A stretch of 64,000 nt of DNA from an uncultured Gemmatimonadaceae bacterium (lineage in GTDB: Bacteria > Gemmatimonadota > Gemmatimonadetes > Gemmatimonadales > Gemmatimonadaceae): the NCBI GenBank assembly GCA_963716745.1, contig OY970320.1, positions 192,001 to 256,000 of the forward strand, in the 5' to 3' direction. Below, piece after piece: positions 59,740 to 64,000 of the stretch (positions are counted from its first letter, which is position 1; every line of letters begins with the position of its first letter). The notes below the pieces were generated by a model. That model was not told the origin of the DNA and made no database searches. It saw nothing but the letters and a program-made list of their open reading frames with translations. Made by a program: the position numbers and the translations under genes.

Positions 59740-61013
59740 GCGCCGCCGCGCGCCGCCGCACCATCGCAGGCAGCGCGACACTCGAAGGGATCGGACTCCA
59801 TCTGGGCCAGCAGTGCCGCCTGACGTTCAAACCCGGCGCGGCGGGGCGGGGCATCATCTTCCGCCGCGTGGATCTCGAGGGTGCGCCCGAGGTGCCGGCG
59901 CGCATCGACCAGGCCGTGCAGGTCGCGCGCCGCACGCAGATCGGCGAGGGCGATCGCGCGCTCCACACGGTGGAACACGTACTCGCCGCGGTGGCCGCGC
60001 ACGAGATCGACGATGTGCTCATCGAGCTCGATGCCTCGGAACCCCCGATCCTCGACGGCAGTGCGCGCCCGTTCTTCGACGCGCTTGCGGCCGCGGGGAT
60101 TGCCGAGGGCGATGGCAAGGTGCAGTATCTTCGCGTGCGGTCGCCGGTGGTCGTTACCGATGGCGAGTCGCGGTACGAGGCGCATCCCGCGGAGAATTTC
60201 TCGCTCGACGTGACGATCGAATTCCCGCACCCGATCATTGGGCGGCAGGAGTTCTCCCTCGAAGTCACCGAAGCGAATTTCGCGCGTGAGCTCGCGGCGG
60301 CGCGCACGTTCGGCTTCGTGCATGAGGTGGACGCGTTGCGCCAGATGGGCCTGATCCAGGGAGCGTCGACGCAGAATTCGGTGGTGCTCGACGCCGCGGG
60401 ACCGGTGGAGACGACGCTGCGCTGGGCGGACGAGTTCGTGCGACACAAGGCGATGGATTGTGTGGGCGATCTGGCGCTGGCGGGCATGCGCATCCGCGCA
60501 CGCGTCGTCGCGCATAAGCCGAGCCACCGCGGCACGGTGGCGCTGGTGCGGGAGTTGGTGAACCTCGCCGCAAAGGAGACGAGGATGCTTGGCATCGAAG
60601 AGATCATGAAAGTGCTGCCCCACCGCTATCCGTTCCTGCTCGTGGACCGGATCCTCGAGCTGGATGCGAAGCACGTGGTGGGCATCAAGAACGTGACGAT
60701 CAACGAGCCCTTCTTCCAAGGGCATTTCCCGGGGCATCCCATCATGCCCGGCGTGTTGATCATCGAGGCGATGGCGCAGGTGGGCGGCGTGCTGCTCATG
60801 GGCACCGTGGCCGATCCGCAGAGCAAGGTGGTGTACTTCACCTCGCTCGACAACGTGCGGTGGCGCCGGCCGGTGAAGCCGGGCGACCAACTACGATTCG
60901 AGGTGGAATTGCTCCAGATCCGCGCCCGGATCGCGCGCGTGCACGGGATCGCGAAGGTGGAGGGCGAGACCGTGTGCGAGGCCGACATGAGCGCGATGGT
61001 GATGGACCGATGA
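59736..61013 (+). CDS. lpxC-fabZ: Bifunctional LpxC deacetylase / FabZ dehydratase fusion
   Basis: [25 protein letters not shown], then [11 protein letters not shown] and [17 protein letters not shown] in one frame. Confidence 0.95.
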   Translation: MSAAARRRTIAGSATLEGIGLHLGQQCRLTFKPGAAGRGIIFRRVDLEGAPEVPARIDQAVQVARRTQIGEGDRALHTVEHVLAAVAAHEIDDVLIELDASEPPILDGSARPFFDALAAAGIAEGDGKVQYLRVRSPVVVTDGESRYEAHPAENFSLDVTIEFPHPIIGRQEFSLEVTEANFARELAAARTFGFVHEVDALRQMGLIQGASTQNSVVLDAAGPVETTLRWADEFVRHKAMDCVGDLALAGMRIRARVVAHKPSHRGTVALVRELVNLAAKETRMLGIEEIMKVLPHRYPFLLVDRILELDAKHVVGIKNVTINEPFFQGHFPGHPIMPGVLIIEAMAQVGGVLLMGTVADPQSKVVYFTSLDNVRWRRPVKPGDQLRFEVELLQIRARIARVHGIAKVEGETVCEADMSAMVMDR

Positions 61014-61786
61014 AGTCGAACATCCACCCGACCGCCATCGTCGACAAGAACGCACAACTAGCCGACGGGGTGGAGGTCGGTGCGTTCGCGATCATCGGGC
61101 CGCATTGCGTGGTGGGTGAGGGGTGCGTGATCGCGCCACGGGCGTCGCTCGAGCGCTATGTGACGCTGGGAGCCAACGTGAGAGTGGGTTCGAGCTCGAT
61201 CCTCGGCGGGGATCCGCAGGATCTCAAGTACAAGGGCGAGCCGACCACCGTCGAGATCGGCGAGAACACCGTGATCCGCGAGTTCGCGACCATCAATCGT
61301 GGGACCACCGAGAGCATGAAGACCACCGTTGGCAAGAACTGCTTCATCATGACGTACGTGCATCTCGCGCACGACTGCCATGTGGGCGACAACGTGATCA
61401 TCTCCAACGGCAGCCAGTTCGCCGGTCATATCACGATCGAGGAGCGCTGCATCATCTCGGGGCTCGTGGCCGTGCATCAGTTCGTGAAGATCGGCGCGTA
61501 CAGTTTCATCGGCGGCCATTCGCGCGTGCCGAAGGACGTGCCGCCATACCTCAAGGCGGTCGGCAACCCGATCAAGCTGTACGGATTGAACAGCGTGGGC
61601 CTCCAGCGGAACAATTTCAGCCCCGACGTCGTGCATGAGCTCAAGCGCGCGTACCGGCTGTTCTTCCGCTCAGAGCTGAACGTGACGCAGGCGATGGAGC
61701 GCGCCGAGCACGAGTTGCAGCTGTTCCCGGAGGTGAAGCATTTCCTCGAGTTCGTGGGCGCGAGCGGACGTGGAGTGGTGATGTGA
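61010..61786 (+). CDS. lpxA: UDP-N-acetylglucosamine acyltransferase
   Basis: [35 protein letters not shown]. Confidence 0.96.
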   Translation: MKSNIHPTAIVDKNAQLADGVEVGAFAIIGPHCVVGEGCVIAPRASLERYVTLGANVRVGSSSILGGDPQDLKYKGEPTTVEIGENTVIREFATINRGTTESMKTTVGKNCFIMTYVHLAHDCHVGDNVIISNGSQFAGHITIEERCIISGLVAVHQFVKIGAYSFIGGHSRVPKDVPPYLKAVGNPIKLYGLNSVGLQRNNFSPDVVHELKRAYRLFFRSELNVTQAMERAEHELQLFPEVKHFLEFVGASGRGVVM

Positions 61787-62787
61787 GCGGGAAGCTGAGA
61801 GTCGGCGTCATCGGAGCGGGCGGGCTCGGATATCACCATGTGCGGTTGTTCCGCGACATCAAGGGCGCGGAGCTCGTCGGATTCCATGACGCGCGCGCCG
61901 AACGGTCGGCGCAGGTGGCGAAGGAGCTCGGTGTGCGCGCCTTCGATTCACTCGACGCACTGATCGCGGCATCCGACGCCGTGACGGTGGTCGTGCCCAC
62001 GCCGGCGCATCACGCGGTGACGATGCGCGCGCTCGCGGCGGGCAAGCACGTGCTGATCGAGAAGCCGATCGCCGCGACGATCGAGGAAGCGGATGAGATG
62101 CTCGCCGCCGCGAAGAAAGCGGGCGTGATCGTGCAGATCGGGCACGTCGAGCGGTTCAATCGCGCGGTGCGCGCCGCGCTCCCGTACCTGGACCACCCGG
62201 GCTTCGTCGAGATCAACCGGCTCGCACCGTTCAATCCGCGCGGTGCCGACGTGCCGGTGGTGCTCGACCTCATGATCCACGACATCGATCTCGTGCACAC
62301 GGTCGTGGGATCCAAGGTGACCGATCTCTCCGCGGCCGGGATCCCCGTGATCACGACCGAAGTGGACATCGCGAACGCGCGGCTCACCTTCGAGAGCGGC
62401 GCCGTGGCGAACATCACCGCGAGCCGCGTCTCGCGCGACCGGTTCCGCAAACTCCGCGTCTTCCAGCGCAGCGGGTACATCTCGCTCGATCTCGGAGACG
62501 GCGATGGCGTGTTCTACCGGATCAAGGGCGGGCTCGATATGGCAACGCTCAAGGCGGCGCCGCGCAAACTCGAGGAATTCATGGAACGCATCGTGCTCAA
62601 GGCGCCCGACGGCGAACCGCTCAAGCTCGAGTTCGAGAGCTTCGTCGCAGCGGTGCGCGGGGAACAGAAGGTGGCGGTGAGCGGCGAAGAGGGACGCGAC
62701 GCGCTCGCCGTGGCGCTCCGCATCGTGAAGGAGATCGAGCGCGGCTTGCCGCGTTGGCTCGCGCCGCCGGCCCCCGGCCGTGCGTGA
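61783..62787 (+). CDS. Gfo/Idh/MocA oxidoreductase, GnnA-like
   Basis: GAGGLG, EKP, GHVERFN, DLMIHDID, TASRVS; lies between lpxA and lpxB. Confidence 0.8.
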   Translation: MSGKLRVGVIGAGGLGYHHVRLFRDIKGAELVGFHDARAERSAQVAKELGVRAFDSLDALIAASDAVTVVVPTPAHHAVTMRALAAGKHVLIEKPIAATIEEADEMLAAAKKAGVIVQIGHVERFNRAVRAALPYLDHPGFVEINRLAPFNPRGADVPVVLDLMIHDIDLVHTVVGSKVTDLSAAGIPVITTEVDIANARLTFESGAVANITASRVSRDRFRKLRVFQRSGYISLDLGDGDGVFYRIKGGLDMATLKAAPRKLEEFMERIVLKAPDGEPLKLEFESFVAAVRGEQKVAVSGEEGRDALAVALRIVKEIERGLPRWLAPPAPGRA

Positions 62788-63895
62788 GGTGCTGTTCGTC
62801 GCCGGTGAGCCGTCCGGCGACCTGCATGGCGCCGGCGTGGCCGCCGAATTGCGCCGCCGCGCTCCCGATCTGCCGCTCGGCGGCATTGGCGGCGCGCGCA
62901 TGGAGGCCGCCGGTGTCGCGCTCATCGAGCACACCGACCGCTTGGCGGTGATGGGCTTCCTCGAAGTGCTCGCGCACATCCCGAAGCATTGGAAGCTGCT
63001 CGCGGAGATCAAGGCCAAGCTGCGCTCGGGGAGGATCGGCCTCGTGATCCTGCTCGACTATCCCGGATTCAACATGAAAGTGGCCGCGGCCGCGAAAGAG
63101 GCGGGCGTGCCCGTGCTCTACTACATCACGCCGCAAGTATGGGCGTGGGGCGCGAAGCGCCTCACGGAGCTGTCGTACACGATCACACGTGCCGCGTGCA
63201 TCTTGCCGTTCGAGGAAGAGATGCTGCGAAAGGCCGGCATCGACGCGACGTTCGTGAGCCACCCGCTGCTCGATCGCGCGTCGGCGCTGCCGAGCCGCGA
63301 CGAGGCGCGCCGGACGCTCGGGCTCGAGGGGGACGCGCCGGTGCTCGCGCTCTTCCCGGGGAGCCGCAAGAGCGAGATCGCGCGGCATCTCGGGATCTTC
63401 GTCGCGACGGCGCAGGAGCTCCAGCGCCGCACGCCGGGACTGCGCGTGATCGTGAGCGTCGCGCCCGGGATCACGCTGCCGGAGGCCGAGTGTCCCTTCC
63501 AGCAGGTGCACGCGAGCTCGTTCACCGTGTGGCGCGCGGCCGACGCGGCGCTGTCGAAGAGCGGCACGTCGACGCTCGAAGCGGCGGTGGCCGGATGTCC
63601 GCTCGTCGTCGCGTACAAGACGAGCGCCGTGACGTACGCGATCGCGCGGCGCGTCGTGTTCATTCCGCTCATCGGGTTGGTGAACGTCGTCGCGGGCCGG
63701 CAGGTGGCGCCCGAGTTCGTGCAGCACGACGCGCAGCCGGACGCCATGGCGAACGCGCTCGTGCCGCTGCTGGATCGCACGAGTGCAGAACGCGCGGCCA
63801 TGGTGCGCGGACTGGACGAAGTACGCGCGAAGCTCGGCACGCCAGGCGCGGCGGCACGCGTCGGGACCATCGCGCTCGAAATGGTCCTGCCGTGA
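62780..63895 (+). CDS. lpxB: Lipid-A-disaccharide synthase
   Basis: AGEPSGDLHG, DYPGFN, PQVWAW, LPFE, FPGSR, SGTSTLE. Confidence 0.95.
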   Translation: MREVLFVAGEPSGDLHGAGVAAELRRRAPDLPLGGIGGARMEAAGVALIEHTDRLAVMGFLEVLAHIPKHWKLLAEIKAKLRSGRIGLVILLDYPGFNMKVAAAAKEAGVPVLYYITPQVWAWGAKRLTELSYTITRAACILPFEEEMLRKAGIDATFVSHPLLDRASALPSRDEARRTLGLEGDAPVLALFPGSRKSEIARHLGIFVATAQELQRRTPGLRVIVSVAPGITLPEAECPFQQVHASSFTVWRAADAALSKSGTSTLEAAVAGCPLVVAYKTSAVTYAIARRVVFIPLIGLVNVVAGRQVAPEFVQHDAQPDAMANALVPLLDRTSAERAAMVRGLDEVRAKLGTPGAAARVGTIALEMVLP

Positions 63896-64000
63896 GCGAG
63901 GAGACCGATGCGCGCCGAGCGCGGCGTGCTCGGCGGGACCGGTGGGTCGCGCGGGTGGGGGCCGTGCTGCTGCGGTTGCTCGCGACCACGTGGCGCCTGC
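63892..64000 (+). CDS. Start of next gene (truncated), possibly DUF374/lysophospholipid acyltransferase family
   Basis: GTG overlapping the lpxB stop; LLRLLATTWRL resembles that family's N-terminus; only 36 codons visible. Confidence 0.4.
   Translation, partial: MSEETDARRARRARRDRWVARVGAVLLRLLATTWRL

Overview
High-GC bacterial chromosome segment, most likely Gemmatimonadota (Gemmatimonadaceae-like 16S and gene order, judged by eye). It is almost all core genome: pcrA, gatCAB, murA, rimP-nusA-L7Ae-infB-rbfA-truB-ribF, secDF, fhs-ridA-selD-tRNA-Sec, murI, lpxH, lptE, rph-rdgB with three tRNAs, a 16S-23S-5S operon without spacer tRNAs, era, prfB (programmed +1 frameshift), lysS, lolC/E-lolD, mcsA-mcsB-clpC, bamA-skp-lpxD-lpxC/fabZ-lpxA-gnnA-like-lpxB. 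The only accessory stretch is about 4.3 kb between tRNA-Lys and the rRNA promoters. About 20 insertion-type frameshifts in 13 mostly essential genes are read as long-read sequencing errors. I found no CRISPR array, integrase, transposase, prophage or defence system, and cannot claim a clearly new multi-gene system. The best leads are: intergenic period-7 repeats of unrelated sequence, two of them forming long inverted repeats; a possible internal translation start that would make free FabZ from the lpxC-fabZ fusion; a zinc-ribbon/Pro-rich/helical scaffold-like protein coupled to a GGDEF gene; a CtsR-less arginine-kinase/ClpC module among envelope genes; a gnnA-like gene hinting at diamino lipid A; several leaderless-type starts; and Asn at the MurA catalytic position.
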